Under the pieces are notes generated by a model. The model was not told the DNA's origin and did not search any database. It saw only the letters and a program-made list of their open reading frames with translations. A stretch of DNA of 64,000 nucleotides from Blastochloris sp. (GTDB lineage: Bacteria > Verrucomicrobiota > Verrucomicrobiia > Methylacidiphilales > JAAUTS01): contig JAWXBW010000069.1 of NCBI GenBank assembly GCA_034440395.1, forward strand, positions 2,798 to 66,797, written 5' to 3'. Both the position numbers and the translations under genes were made by a program. Below, one piece after another: positions 1 to 9,780 of the stretch. Position 1 is the first letter of the stretch. Each line of letters opens with the position of its first letter.

Positions 1-16
1 AGCGGTTCTCTACACG

Positions 17-1003
17 GTGCTACACCTAACATTCAAAGCTCAGAGAATCCTCTTTTGGTGTCTGCTCGTGGGGTTTATCCTAGTCGTTCCAAAACTGTTA
101 CCCTGGATTTTTGCCGCAAAGCCAGTCCTTTGGCTTTGGCTACGAGAGTCATTACTTCTCGGATTTTTCCTCCGCTATTGGATGTGGGAGCGGGAATGTC
201 GTAACCCGAAAATCGCCGAACAACGTTTTTTTGAACACCTCAGCTACATCTTTTTTATTCCACAATTACTTAAACTAATTCCTGTTACACCCTCGCTGCA
301 TTTTGGCCAGACTCAGGATTATCCCAAAACGCTAAAGCCAGCTGCACAAATATTTCTTCTGGGTTCCGTTAAACTACTTCTGTTTCAACTGCATCTTCTC
401 TTACCCCTAGGATTGCAAGCCGGTGGAGCGCATTGGTTCGGAGCGGCTTGGTATCAAATTCTGACTAGTTATGTATTATGGTATTTGTGGTTATCCGCTC
501 ACTGTGATTACGCCGTCAGTATTGCTCGATTATTGGGAATCCAAGTTCCTTCTCTCTTTCATTTCCCCTTACTGGCTAGGACGCCTCAAGAATTCTGGAA
601 ACGCTGGCTTACTCTTTACCACCAGTTTTTACGCGCTCATGTTTATCTGCCTTTAGGTGGTCGAGCCTCCGCCATTTGGTCGGTCCCGCTGACCTTTTTT
701 ATTTCGGCTCTGCTCTTTGGTGGACTTTGGGTCGGTTCCTCTCTCTGGATTCCGCCACATAGCTTTTGGCTGCAATGGCTGCCCTTCTTCATGTTACAAG
801 CTTTATTCGTAACCATTACCATCAAGCTTCACTCTAAAATCCGATCACTTTCCCTCTGGCAACAAATCCTAGGGACTCTCTTCACGCAGTTTAGCCTAGC
901 CGCTAGCTGCCTTTTCTTAACCGGCTTAAGTCGTTTTCCCGGGGATACCCTCTCGTTAGGTCAAGCGTGGCAGATTTTTCGAGTGGCACTGTTTCTTGAC
1001 TAA
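17..1003 (+). CDS. MBOAT-family membrane-bound O-acyltransferase (AlgI/DltB-like); 5' end may lie outside the window
   Basis: Polytopic hydrophobic ORF with an AlgI/DltB-type block: CDYAVSIARLLGIQVP...PLLARTPQEFWKRW...HVYLPLGG. The frame stays open back to nt 2, so the true start may be upstream of the window. Confidence 0.6.
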   Translation: MLHLTFKAQRILFWCLLVGFILVVPKLLPWIFAAKPVLWLWLRESLLLGFFLRYWMWERECRNPKIAEQRFFEHLSYIFFIPQLLKLIPVTPSLHFGQTQDYPKTLKPAAQIFLLGSVKLLLFQLHLLLPLGLQAGGAHWFGAAWYQILTSYVLWYLWLSAHCDYAVSIARLLGIQVPSLFHFPLLARTPQEFWKRWLTLYHQFLRAHVYLPLGGRASAIWSVPLTFFISALLFGGLWVGSSLWIPPHSFWLQWLPFFMLQALFVTITIKLHSKIRSLSLWQQILGTLFTQFSLAASCLFLTGLSRFPGDTLSLGQAWQIFRVALFLD

Positions 1004-1030
1004 AGGACAAGCCTCCTACATTTTTACCTC

Positions 1031-1417
1031 GTGCCTGAATCATCTAGATATCAAGAAATTAGTGGACTTTGGGTTAACGTCGATCGAGTCGAACATGTTC
1101 CTAGCATGGAGAACCCTGCCGATCGTCCTTATCGCTTTGGCTACGATATAACGATCCATAATGACAGCCTGCGCATCGTTACAATCCTAGGACGTAAATG
1201 GATCGTCACCAACGCTAAGGGTCACAAACTTATCGTCGAAGCAGACGGTGTGATCGGTAAATTTCCTCACCTTAAGCCAGGCGATCAATTTCATTACAAC
1301 AATTATCACCTCATTGATTCTGACAGCAGTGCGGAAGGTTTTTACCACGGGAAAGACGAGGAAGGACAAAGCTTCATAGTGCGTATCCCTCTTTTTACGA
1401 TGCAGGTCTGTATTTAA
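1031..1417 (+). CDS. apaG: ApaG (DUF525) protein
   Basis: 128 aa with a GTG start. ApaG-like blocks: RPYRFGYDITIHNDS, LGRKWIVTNAKGH, GVIGKFPHLKPGDQFHY. Confidence 0.8.
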   Translation: MPESSRYQEISGLWVNVDRVEHVPSMENPADRPYRFGYDITIHNDSLRIVTILGRKWIVTNAKGHKLIVEADGVIGKFPHLKPGDQFHYNNYHLIDSDSSAEGFYHGKDEEGQSFIVRIPLFTMQVCI

Positions 1418-1503
1418 AGTCAGGATTACAACTCCTTAATAAATTCCACCTTCACTTTATCTGTAGAGTTGCAGTTTACCTAATCTAAGCCTAGAATCTT
1501 CCT

Positions 1504-2313
1504 ATGAGACTGGCTGTTATCGGTGCAGGTAGAATGGGTCGAGCGATTGTGGCGGGCCTGCTAGCTCGCAACCTCATAAACCCTGCCGCTATTACAGGCG
1601 TTTCTAAAACCCAAGCGTCCAAAGATTCCTTTCTTGCACTCGATCCTTCGGGTGTCATGCAGTGGACAGACTCTCTTCCAGAGGCCAGCGCCCAAGCCGA
1701 TGTGCTTTTATTAGCCGTCAAGCCTATCCAAATGAACGAGGTGCTGCCTCTTCTCCGCTTGCGCAACACAACCACACTTATCATTTCCATCGCAGCGGGA
1801 ATAAGGCTACAGCGATTTGAGGAACTCCTTGGCTCAGAACAGCACATCGCCCGAGCCATGCCTAACACCCCAGTCACTCTCGGTTGCGGGGTTACAGCCT
1901 ATTGCCCTAACGCACGCTGCACGCCAGAAGATCGAGATTTTATTAAACAACTTTTTCAATCAGTTGGCGCATGTTACGAAGTGGAAGAGAATCAGCTCGA
2001 TGCCGTGACGGCTCTGAGCGGTTCAGGTCCTGCCTTTTTCTATCGCATCATCCAAGCTTTTTCCCAAGCCGCTATCCAAGAAGGTTTGAGTCCCGAGCAA
2101 GCTCTCCGCATGGCCGCTCAGACGGCGGAAGGCTCAGCTAAGATGATTTTAGAATATGACTTAAGTCCTGATGATCTAATTAAGCAAGTGGTCAGCAAAG
2201 GCGGCACCACGGAAGCGGGGTTAAATGTCTTAGATGCAAGCGCACTTTCGAACATCGTTGCAGCGACTATCCATGCCGCCGCAGAGCGTTCACGAACCTT
2301 ATCAAAAATATGA
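1504..2313 (+). CDS. proC: pyrroline-5-carboxylate reductase
   Basis: N-terminal Rossmann motif IGAGRMGRAI and C-terminal P5CR signature VVSKGGTTEAGLNVL. ATGA stop/start overlap with the next gene. Confidence 0.9.
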   Translation: MRLAVIGAGRMGRAIVAGLLARNLINPAAITGVSKTQASKDSFLALDPSGVMQWTDSLPEASAQADVLLLAVKPIQMNEVLPLLRLRNTTTLIISIAAGIRLQRFEELLGSEQHIARAMPNTPVTLGCGVTAYCPNARCTPEDRDFIKQLFQSVGACYEVEENQLDAVTALSGSGPAFFYRIIQAFSQAAIQEGLSPEQALRMAAQTAEGSAKMILEYDLSPDDLIKQVVSKGGTTEAGLNVLDASALSNIVAATIHAAAERSRTLSKI

Positions 2314-3680
2314 AACGCTATGATTTTCTTATCATCGGAGCTGGGCCAGGCGGAATTTCGGCAGCACTCACTGCGGCTAAACGACGTCAGCACGTTGCTT
2401 TAATTGAACACAAAATGATTGGAGGCACTTGTTTACATGAAGGGTGCCTTCCCTCAAAAAGTTTGTTAGCCAGTGCTAAATATCTACAAAGCTTGCGGCA
2501 TGGAGAAGACTATGGTGTGACTTTTGAACCTCCGAAAGGTTCCTTAGTTGATTTTTTTAATCGCCAAAAAAGCGTGGTCTCAAAAATATATCAACACACT
2601 CTTAAGGAGCTAACAGAAGCGGGTGTCCATGTTATCCATGGGCAAGCGAACCTCATCTCTCCCGGGAAGGTGCAGGTTCAGACGGCACAAAACATAGAGA
2701 TACTAGAAGCACGTAAGACCATCATCGCTACAGGCTCAGTCCCAGTGTGTGATCCCTTAATTCCATTTGATGGAAAAAATATCCTTAACAGTTCGCAGGC
2801 TCTGCACTTGTTAAAACTGCCGGCCTCTGTCGGCTTAATCGGCGGCGGGTATATTCCGTGTTCCCATGCCACTCTATTTTCCACACTCGGCAGTAAGGTT
2901 ACTTTGATCGAAAAAGGTCCGTCTTTGCTTCCTCACTTTGATCATGTTGCAGGTCACTTTTTAGAACGATCTTTTGTGCGAGAGGGCATCACCGTTTTAA
3001 CCAAGACGTGTGTCGTTTCCGCCACGACTACAGATAGTGGCGTTCAGGTGCATTTAGCAGAAGGCGATTCTCTCTTTTTTGAAAAAGTCCTCTACGCTGG
3101 TGGACGCCAACCCAACTTGCATGGCTTAGAGGCTCTGGCACAAGGCGGTTCTATTCCAGTAAACTCATTTTTGGAAACCACTTGGCCAGGAACTTACGCC
3201 GTGGGCGATGTTAATAATTTATCCACGTTTGCCAGCTCTGCCGTCATGCAGGGGCGGACGGCGGCACTCCATGCCCTAGGCTACAATACGGCTTACAAGG
3301 TTCAGGCCGCTCCACGTTGTGCTTTTACGCAACCGGAGATTGCCTCAATCGGATTAAGTGAAAGCCAAGCACGAGAACAGGGTTATGAGATTCTTACAGC
3401 CCAAAAATCTTTCTCCATCGCAGGGAAAGCCATCGCCATGGGTGAAATGGATGGGTTGGTTAAATTAATCATCGAGCGCAAGACGACAGCCTTTCTCGGC
3501 GGCACCATTATCTGCTCACATGCCTCTGAAATTATCGGACAACTAGGTATGGCTCTGACCCTTAATGCTAAGCTCTCTGATTTAACGAATATCACCACAG
3601 CTCATCCCACGTTTTCCGAAACTATTCAAGAAGTAGCTTGGGAGCTAGAGCTGGGTTTGATGGAAAAAAGTTTTACCTAG
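2310..3680 (+). CDS. dihydrolipoyl dehydrogenase-family flavoprotein disulfide reductase
   Basis: FAD motif IIGAGPGG, redox-active disulfide GGTCLHEGCLPSK, C-terminal dimerisation motif AHPTFSE. No other 2-oxoacid dehydrogenase subunits nearby. Confidence 0.8.
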   Translation: MKRYDFLIIGAGPGGISAALTAAKRRQHVALIEHKMIGGTCLHEGCLPSKSLLASAKYLQSLRHGEDYGVTFEPPKGSLVDFFNRQKSVVSKIYQHTLKELTEAGVHVIHGQANLISPGKVQVQTAQNIEILEARKTIIATGSVPVCDPLIPFDGKNILNSSQALHLLKLPASVGLIGGGYIPCSHATLFSTLGSKVTLIEKGPSLLPHFDHVAGHFLERSFVREGITVLTKTCVVSATTTDSGVQVHLAEGDSLFFEKVLYAGGRQPNLHGLEALAQGGSIPVNSFLETTWPGTYAVGDVNNLSTFASSAVMQGRTAALHALGYNTAYKVQAAPRCAFTQPEIASIGLSESQAREQGYEILTAQKSFSIAGKAIAMGEMDGLVKLIIERKTTAFLGGTIICSHASEIIGQLGMALTLNAKLSDLTNITTAHPTFSETIQEVAWELELGLMEKSFT

Positions 3681-4717
3681 GAATGAGCAGTAGAAAAATT
3701 TTGAAATCGCTCGAGAGCTTTCAATGCTGCGCCTGAGTCGATCGCCTCGGCTGCTTGGCCGTAGCCCTCAGAAATCACTTCAACCGAGCCATGCACCTGC
3801 AAAGCTACGGCGGCATTCATGAGAATAGCGTGACGCAAGAAACCTTTCTCTTCGCCCCGCAAAAAATCCATAATGCGGCTAGCACTTTCATCCCGTGAGT
3901 TTACAAGTAACTCTTGATAAGACCCTGATATTTTACGTAAGCCGAGATCCTCCTTAAACGCTTTTTGTAAAAAACCCTGAGCTTGATTCGTGCCCGTGAC
4001 GCTGACTTCACCTAGTGCCGTGCCGTCGGCATCTGTTCCGCAGACAACTAAAAATCTGTCCCGATCTAAGGAGTGCAATGCTTTTTGAAAAAGTTCCACA
4101 TGATGGGAGTGAAAAACACCGAGCAACTGCGTTTCTGGTAGGCAAGGATTCAGTAAAGGTCCTAATAGATTAAAAATAGAACGAAGCCCTTCGTGGGCTA
4201 ATGATTTACGCGCTTCCGCAACATTTTTAAAAGTGGGGTGATACAGCGGAGCCATGAGAAAGACCATCCCGCAGGCTTCGAGGCAGGGCTCGATCTGATC
4301 TGGCTTTATGTTAATGTGAATGCCTAGAGCTTCAAGCACATCAGCGCTGCCAGATTTTTTTGTGACGCCCCTATTACCATGCTTAACGACGGGAACTGCG
4401 CAAGCCGCTAGGACGGGCATAAGTGCGGTTGAGAGGTTAACTATGTTTAAGCCACCACCGCCTGTGCCACAGCAGTCAAAGAGAGCTTTTCCTTGAAAAC
4501 GTCCACGCAGAGACGTTGGGACGGCTCGGGGTAAGAGAGCTTTGGCAAAAGCGGCTAGTTCATGCTCCGTTTCACCTTTCGCACTGAGTGCTTTTAAGAA
4601 ATCGGCTTTACTAGAAACGGCCAGAACGGGATCGAGCAGCTCAGCCACAAGAGCGGGAACCATGGCTGACTCTATCTCTAGTCCTTTCTGACAATGCTCT
4701 TGCGCCTCCCGCAGCAT
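3677..4717 (-). CDS. trpD: anthranilate phosphoribosyltransferase
   Basis: Motifs CGTGGGGLNIVNLSTA and KHGNRGVTKKSGSADVLEALG. Its stop shares the palindrome CTAG (3677-3680) with the convergent upstream gene. Confidence 0.9.
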   Translation of the reverse strand: MLREAQEHCQKGLEIESAMVPALVAELLDPVLAVSSKADFLKALSAKGETEHELAAFAKALLPRAVPTSLRGRFQGKALFDCCGTGGGGLNIVNLSTALMPVLAACAVPVVKHGNRGVTKKSGSADVLEALGIHINIKPDQIEPCLEACGMVFLMAPLYHPTFKNVAEARKSLAHEGLRSIFNLLGPLLNPCLPETQLLGVFHSHHVELFQKALHSLDRDRFLVVCGTDADGTALGEVSVTGTNQAQGFLQKAFKEDLGLRKISGSYQELLVNSRDESASRIMDFLRGEEKGFLRHAILMNAAVALQVHGSVEVISEGYGQAAEAIDSGAALKALERFQNFSTAHS

Positions 4718-4718
4718 C

Positions 4719-5786
4719 TTAGTGCCCTTTTTCTAAATAAGGAATGAAGCGCTGTTTATCAATCGACTTCATGTAGGCTTCTTGAGCGGAGATAAAGCCT
4801 TTTTTAAAATAATTCTCAATGGCGTCATCCATGAGCTGCATGCCTTCCGCCCGGCCAGACTTTAAAACGTCGGTTAATTTAAAGGTGGCTCCTTCGCGGA
4901 TAATGGAGGCCACGGCAGGGTTAGAGATAAGGATTTCATTAACTGCTAAGCGCCCTTTATTATCGTTACGCTTGAGTAGAAGCTGAGCAACGACACCGCG
5001 CAGGGAGGTGGAGAGCATGGTGCGAACGAGTTCTTGTTGATCACTAGGGAATGCGTCGATAATACGGTCAATGGTTTTACGGGCGTTATTCGTATGCAGG
5101 GTCCCGAAGACGAGTAGACCTGTTTCTGCCGCCGTTAGGGCAAGGGATATGGTCTCAAGATCGCGCAACTCTCCTACGAGAACTACGTCAGAATCTTCCC
5201 GTAAAGCGGCCTTAAGCCCACTAGAAAAGGTCGGGGTTTCACTGGGAACTTCGCGTTGGGTGACCGTGCTGCGTTTGTTGTCGTGAACAAATTCAATCGG
5301 CTCCTCAATCGTGATGATATGGCGTGCGTGGTGGGTGTTGATGTAATCGATGATGGCGGCTAGGGTGGTGGATTTACCTGAACCCGTAGGGCCTGTCACG
5401 AGTACGAGACCTGAGCGCATGTCTCCGAAACTTTCGAGGATTTTCGGCACGCCGAGTTCATCGATGGTTTTTAGTCGATTCGGGATTAAACGGAAGATTG
5501 CTCCATATCCATTGAGGTGTCGGTGGTAGTTGCAACGGAAGCGGGAGTCATTACCCATTTCGTAAGCGAAGTCTAAATCGCCTTGTTGAAGGAACTTTTC
5601 CCATGAAGTGGGGCGGCAAATCTGGCGCAAGAGGATTTCCATTTCTTCGCGGGTGAGAGGTTCTTCACGTAAGGCACGGATTTCACCGAAGCGGCGAAAC
5701 TTAGGTGGTTGACCTTCGGAGAGGTGGAGATCGGAGCCCCCCTCGCTGACAAGGACTTGGAAAAATTGATCAATTTGATTAGCCAT
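4719..5786 (-). CDS. pilT: type IV pilus retraction ATPase PilT
   Basis: 355 aa. Walker A GPTGSGKSTT, Asp box, Walker B VVLVGELRD, and the typical PilT N-terminus GGSDLHL. Confidence 0.9.
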   Translation of the reverse strand: MANQIDQFFQVLVSEGGSDLHLSEGQPPKFRRFGEIRALREEPLTREEMEILLRQICRPTSWEKFLQQGDLDFAYEMGNDSRFRCNYHRHLNGYGAIFRLIPNRLKTIDELGVPKILESFGDMRSGLVLVTGPTGSGKSTTLAAIIDYINTHHARHIITIEEPIEFVHDNKRSTVTQREVPSETPTFSSGLKAALREDSDVVLVGELRDLETISLALTAAETGLLVFGTLHTNNARKTIDRIIDAFPSDQQELVRTMLSTSLRGVVAQLLLKRNDNKGRLAVNEILISNPAVASIIREGATFKLTDVLKSGRAEGMQLMDDAIENYFKKGFISAQEAYMKSIDKQRFIPYLEKGH

Positions 5787-5798
5787 AACGTTTAAAAT

Positions 5799-7163
5799 TT
5801 AATTGCCTCCAGCTAACCATTGAGCAAATTGCTGTTTATTTTCGGAGCGTTGAAAGGCTTCTTCTTGAGTGATGGTGCCAGCACGGACGAGCTCAATGAG
5901 AGAATCATCCATAAGTCTCATGCCATCTTTTTTCCCGATCTGAATTTGACCTGGCAGCATAAAGTTTTTACCTTCACGGATTAAATTTCCGATAGCGGGA
6001 TTATTGGTCATAATTTCTAAAGCTAAGACACGGCCGCGACCGTCAGCTCGAGGAATGAGCTGTTGACAAACCACGCCGCGCAGAGATTCGCTAACCATGG
6101 TGCGGATTTGAGATTGCTGCTCCACTGGGAAGACGTCCAGGAGACGCTGCATGGTGCGTGCGGCGTTACTGGTGTGCAGAGTAGCCAGCACTAAATGCCC
6201 CGTCTCAGACGCTGTAATGGCGAGGGAAATCGTTTCGAGGTCGCGCATTTCCCCTACCATGATGACGTCGGGATCTTGCCGAAGAGATGCTCTCAGCGCC
6301 GAGGAAAAGGACATCGTGTGGCTGTGAATTTCACGTTGGGTTACCTGACAGCCTTCAGGTTTAAAAACATACTCAATTGGGTCTTCTAAAGAGATGATGT
6401 GGTCTTTTCTCTCGCGATTGATTTGATTGACCATAGCCGCTAGCGTTGTTGTTTTCCCGCAACCCACGGAGCCTGTAACGAGGATTAAACCGTTATGATA
6501 TTTTAATAAACGGTAGAGCACTGGGGGCAAGCCGATTTCTTCCATGGTGCGGATGCGGCTGCTGATGACGCGGAAGACGGATTCCCAGCCTCGGCGTTGC
6601 CTAACCACACTAGCTCTGAAGCGCGCTAGTCCTGGATCATCATAACAAAAGTCCACCCCGCCTATGTCCTCAACTGTTTTGACTTGATCAGGCAAGAGGA
6701 ACTGCTTGGCCAAATCCATCGTTTGCTCAGGACTAAGAATGGGGGCATTAGGCATCATGGGGACTAGCTGCCCGTGAATACGCATAATGGCAGGAGAGAA
6801 AGGACCCAGATGCACATCCGAAGCTTCTGCTTGAATCGCCAGTTTTAAGAAGTCCTGTAAACTAGGAATTTCAGTGTAGGTTGTCTTCACGCTGACGCTT
6901 GTGCTGCTAGCAGCATGTGCGGCTTTTTCACTTTCAAATTGTTGCTGAACGGCATCTTGGATTTTACCCAGAAGCACGTTGTATTTATTTTGAGAAATGA
7001 GCTGTTGCTCAAACAAATAAGTTAAGGCGCTAGCTCCAGGTAAACCCTTTAACTGCTCTATGACAAGTTGTTGTTGTTCATCCGTGATCCAGCCTGCTTG
7101 TAAGCAGGTGGACAATACGTAATCGTTGTAAGGCTTAGTATCAATCGACATTTTTTTACTCAA
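5799..7163 (-). CDS. PilT/PilU-family ATPase with ~100-aa N-terminal extension
   Basis: Core matches PilT (SDVHLGP, Walker A GSVGCGKTTT, VIMVGEMRD) and is preceded by a helical N-terminal extension. The start overlaps the upstream permease gene by 8 nt. Confidence 0.8.
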   Translation of the reverse strand: MSKKMSIDTKPYNDYVLSTCLQAGWITDEQQQLVIEQLKGLPGASALTYLFEQQLISQNKYNVLLGKIQDAVQQQFESEKAAHAASSTSVSVKTTYTEIPSLQDFLKLAIQAEASDVHLGPFSPAIMRIHGQLVPMMPNAPILSPEQTMDLAKQFLLPDQVKTVEDIGGVDFCYDDPGLARFRASVVRQRRGWESVFRVISSRIRTMEEIGLPPVLYRLLKYHNGLILVTGSVGCGKTTTLAAMVNQINRERKDHIISLEDPIEYVFKPEGCQVTQREIHSHTMSFSSALRASLRQDPDVIMVGEMRDLETISLAITASETGHLVLATLHTSNAARTMQRLLDVFPVEQQSQIRTMVSESLRGVVCQQLIPRADGRGRVLALEIMTNNPAIGNLIREGKNFMLPGQIQIGKKDGMRLMDDSLIELVRAGTITQEEAFQRSENKQQFAQWLAGGN

Positions 7164-8490
7164 ATTTCAATGCTTCCACGGGCCGCAATGTGGACGCTCT
7201 TATTGCTGGATAAATACCTGCCAGAACCCCGATGACAAGTGCAAACATAAAACTTATCATCATCGCCCCAACTTCCAACTCAGGTGGGTTAGGTATCTTA
7301 ACGACCGCGTCTAGAAAGTAAATCATTCCTTGTGAGGCCAAAATCCCTAGCACCCCACCCACCATGGCTAGTAGCACCGCCTCCATGAGGATCTGAATAA
7401 AAATATCCACGGGCTGCGCGCCGATTGCTCGACGCACCCCGATCTCACGGATGCGATCGGTGATACTGGCTAACATGATATTCATGATGCCGACGCCTCC
7501 TACCAGTAAGCTGATGCCTGCGATTAATCCCCCGCTGACTCTCACCGCAAAAATCCGCTGCTCGACTTCAGCAAAACGTTCACGATCATAAACAACTTGG
7601 AAATCTTCAATACCTCGATGCGTTTGCCGTAACGTATTACGGAGCCATTCTTGCACCTCGGCCGCATCTTCAACTCGCAGCAGACCCACCTGAATTTCGG
7701 TAAGCTTAATGTCAGGTCCTTCATCCACTCCGTTCACCATGTTGGAAGATTTAAAAACAGATAGCATAGTTGTAAGAGGGATTACTGCTAAATTATGTTT
7801 CCAAGAAAATGGATCCCACTCCCTGCGTCTGGATCCGCGGCTTTTATTGCGTTCTGCCCGCTTTTCCGTTATCCCTTGCTCAACCTCGCGCTGCTGATTC
7901 TGCGTCAAGTAGCGCGGCAGAGTGCCGACTACGGTAAACAGCACATCATTTATTTTAACCTGCTTACCGATTAATTGGGGGCCGTTAAAACCGAATAAGT
8001 TCATCGCCACTCTATCCCCCAACACCACGACCCTCTTCTTTTGATCTATGTCCAGTTGCGTTAAGAAGCGCCCCTCTTTAATCCTGTGCCGATCCATATA
8101 TAAGTGATCCGTTAATGCACCAACTACACTGGTTCCGTCAGAATTGTTCTCATAACTTAACCGCATATTTTGACTAATAAATGGAGAGACCCAAAGAACC
8201 CTGAAACGTTCTTTATTTATGGCCTCCACATCGCGATATGTTAAGCCTAGACTAATATCTGCCATCTCAGCCTGCTCTCGCGGTGGCGTATCCTGTTGGA
8301 TACGGATTTTCTGCAAATCGCCCGACTCATTTAAGCTTTCTCGAAAAGACGTAGCCATCCCCTTCGTAATCGCAAGCATGGTTAATAGAGAAGCTACCCC
8401 TAGAATAATTCCCAGAATCGTTAATAAAGAGCGAAACCGATGCGACCATAGATCCCGTAAACCCTCCATTGTTGCATGAGCCACATTCAT
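7156..8490 (-). CDS. ABC transporter permease, MacB/FtsX type
   Basis: N-terminal TM helix, large periplasmic domain, and a C-terminal FtsX 3-TM bundle with the REIGVRRAIGA motif. Confidence 0.85.
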   Translation of the reverse strand: MNVAHATMEGLRDLWSHRFRSLLTILGIILGVASLLTMLAITKGMATSFRESLNESGDLQKIRIQQDTPPREQAEMADISLGLTYRDVEAINKERFRVLWVSPFISQNMRLSYENNSDGTSVVGALTDHLYMDRHRIKEGRFLTQLDIDQKKRVVVLGDRVAMNLFGFNGPQLIGKQVKINDVLFTVVGTLPRYLTQNQQREVEQGITEKRAERNKSRGSRRREWDPFSWKHNLAVIPLTTMLSVFKSSNMVNGVDEGPDIKLTEIQVGLLRVEDAAEVQEWLRNTLRQTHRGIEDFQVVYDRERFAEVEQRIFAVRVSGGLIAGISLLVGGVGIMNIMLASITDRIREIGVRRAIGAQPVDIFIQILMEAVLLAMVGGVLGILASQGMIYFLDAVVKIPNPPELEVGAMMISFMFALVIGVLAGIYPAIRASTLRPVEALKFE

Positions 8491-9734
8491 TCGAACTTCA
8501 AGGCCTCAATCGGGTTCATCTGAGAGGCTTTCCAAGCAGGTAACATACCAGCCAAAACCCCTGTCACAACCGCTGCAATAAAACTATAAAAAACCGCACT
8601 CCACTCTAAAATGGGTGCCTGCTCCTGCAAGGCTACCTTCTTTAATATTTCTACCAGTCCATACCCTACCGCGAGTCCCAAGAATCCTGCCATAATCGAG
8701 AGCACCACAGACTCCAAGGCAATTTGCAAAAAAATACTACTCGGTAACGCACCGACGGCACGCCGAATGCCAATCTCCCGCGTCCGCTCCTTGATGCTGG
8801 CAAGCATGATATTTGTGATGCCGATTCCTCCCGCAATCAACGTCACCAAAACAATCAAGCCGCCACTGATCCTCACCCCTTTCACCGAATTATCGACGCT
8901 CTCGGCCCAATCCTCCTTCGTATTAAACCCATAGTCTTGTATCCCACGATGGGTTTGATTTAATACATTACGCATCTGCTCGATCGACTCATCAAAACGA
9001 CTCGTATCCTTCAGTCGCACATTAATCCGATCCAGCTTTAAGTTAGGCCCCTGATTGATCCCATTCTCCATCGTCACCCCATGCCATAACTCTTGCACTG
9101 TTGTCAGCGGCATCACACAAGCCCGATTTTTAAACTCATTATCATAATCAACAAAAACCCCTACCACCGTGAAATGATGTCCATCAATTGAAATCGTCGC
9201 TCCGATAGGACTATCGTTGCCCGAACCGAAAAGTTGTTGCTTAATGAATGTTCCAATGACCACCACCCGGTTGCGCTTCTCTAAATCCAAATCCGTAAAA
9301 AATCGTCCCGCTCCCATCTGATATTGCTCCACATTTAAATACGTCTGCTCAACCCCGCGCGACCAGCCTACACTTGTTTGCTGATTCTTATAAGTCAGCA
9401 CAATATTCCCGTTAATCCGCATACTGGGAGAAACAAAATCTACTAAGGGAGCAGAACTCCTTAACGCCAACACATCTTTATAAGTCCGCCCTGGGCTCAT
9501 ATCCTTAATTGCCTCTTGTGAGTCAGGGACATCTGCATCCACCACTTCCACACTAGCCAGGCCACCCCACTCCGTTAAAGCCTTCCGAAACCCCTCTGCT
9601 AATCCCGCTGTTAGCGAAAACATGGCCATCAACGAAGCCACCCCTAAAATGATCCCTAACATCGTTAAAAAAGAGCGGAACTTATGCGCCGCCATTTCTC
9701 TTAAACCCTCCCTCGTGCCTAACCACAGATTCAT
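8487..9734 (-). CDS. ABC transporter permease, MacB/FtsX type (paralogue)
   Basis: Same architecture as the neighbouring permease, with REIGIRRAVGA. 4-nt overlap with the downstream permease gene. Confidence 0.85.
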   Translation of the reverse strand: MNLWLGTREGLREMAAHKFRSFLTMLGIILGVASLMAMFSLTAGLAEGFRKALTEWGGLASVEVVDADVPDSQEAIKDMSPGRTYKDVLALRSSAPLVDFVSPSMRINGNIVLTYKNQQTSVGWSRGVEQTYLNVEQYQMGAGRFFTDLDLEKRNRVVVIGTFIKQQLFGSGNDSPIGATISIDGHHFTVVGVFVDYDNEFKNRACVMPLTTVQELWHGVTMENGINQGPNLKLDRINVRLKDTSRFDESIEQMRNVLNQTHRGIQDYGFNTKEDWAESVDNSVKGVRISGGLIVLVTLIAGGIGITNIMLASIKERTREIGIRRAVGALPSSIFLQIALESVVLSIMAGFLGLAVGYGLVEILKKVALQEQAPILEWSAVFYSFIAAVVTGVLAGMLPAWKASQMNPIEALKFE

Positions 9735-9780
9735 AAAAAATATTACTGATGAATAAATGCACTCAAACGCATCCCTTTAT

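Noticed and set aside
3677-3680. The convergent genes (lpd-like and trpD) share the palindromic CTAG as overlapping stop codons, leaving no room for terminators.
   Set aside because: It is real in the sequence but is a common compaction feature. It is not evidence of a special mechanism.
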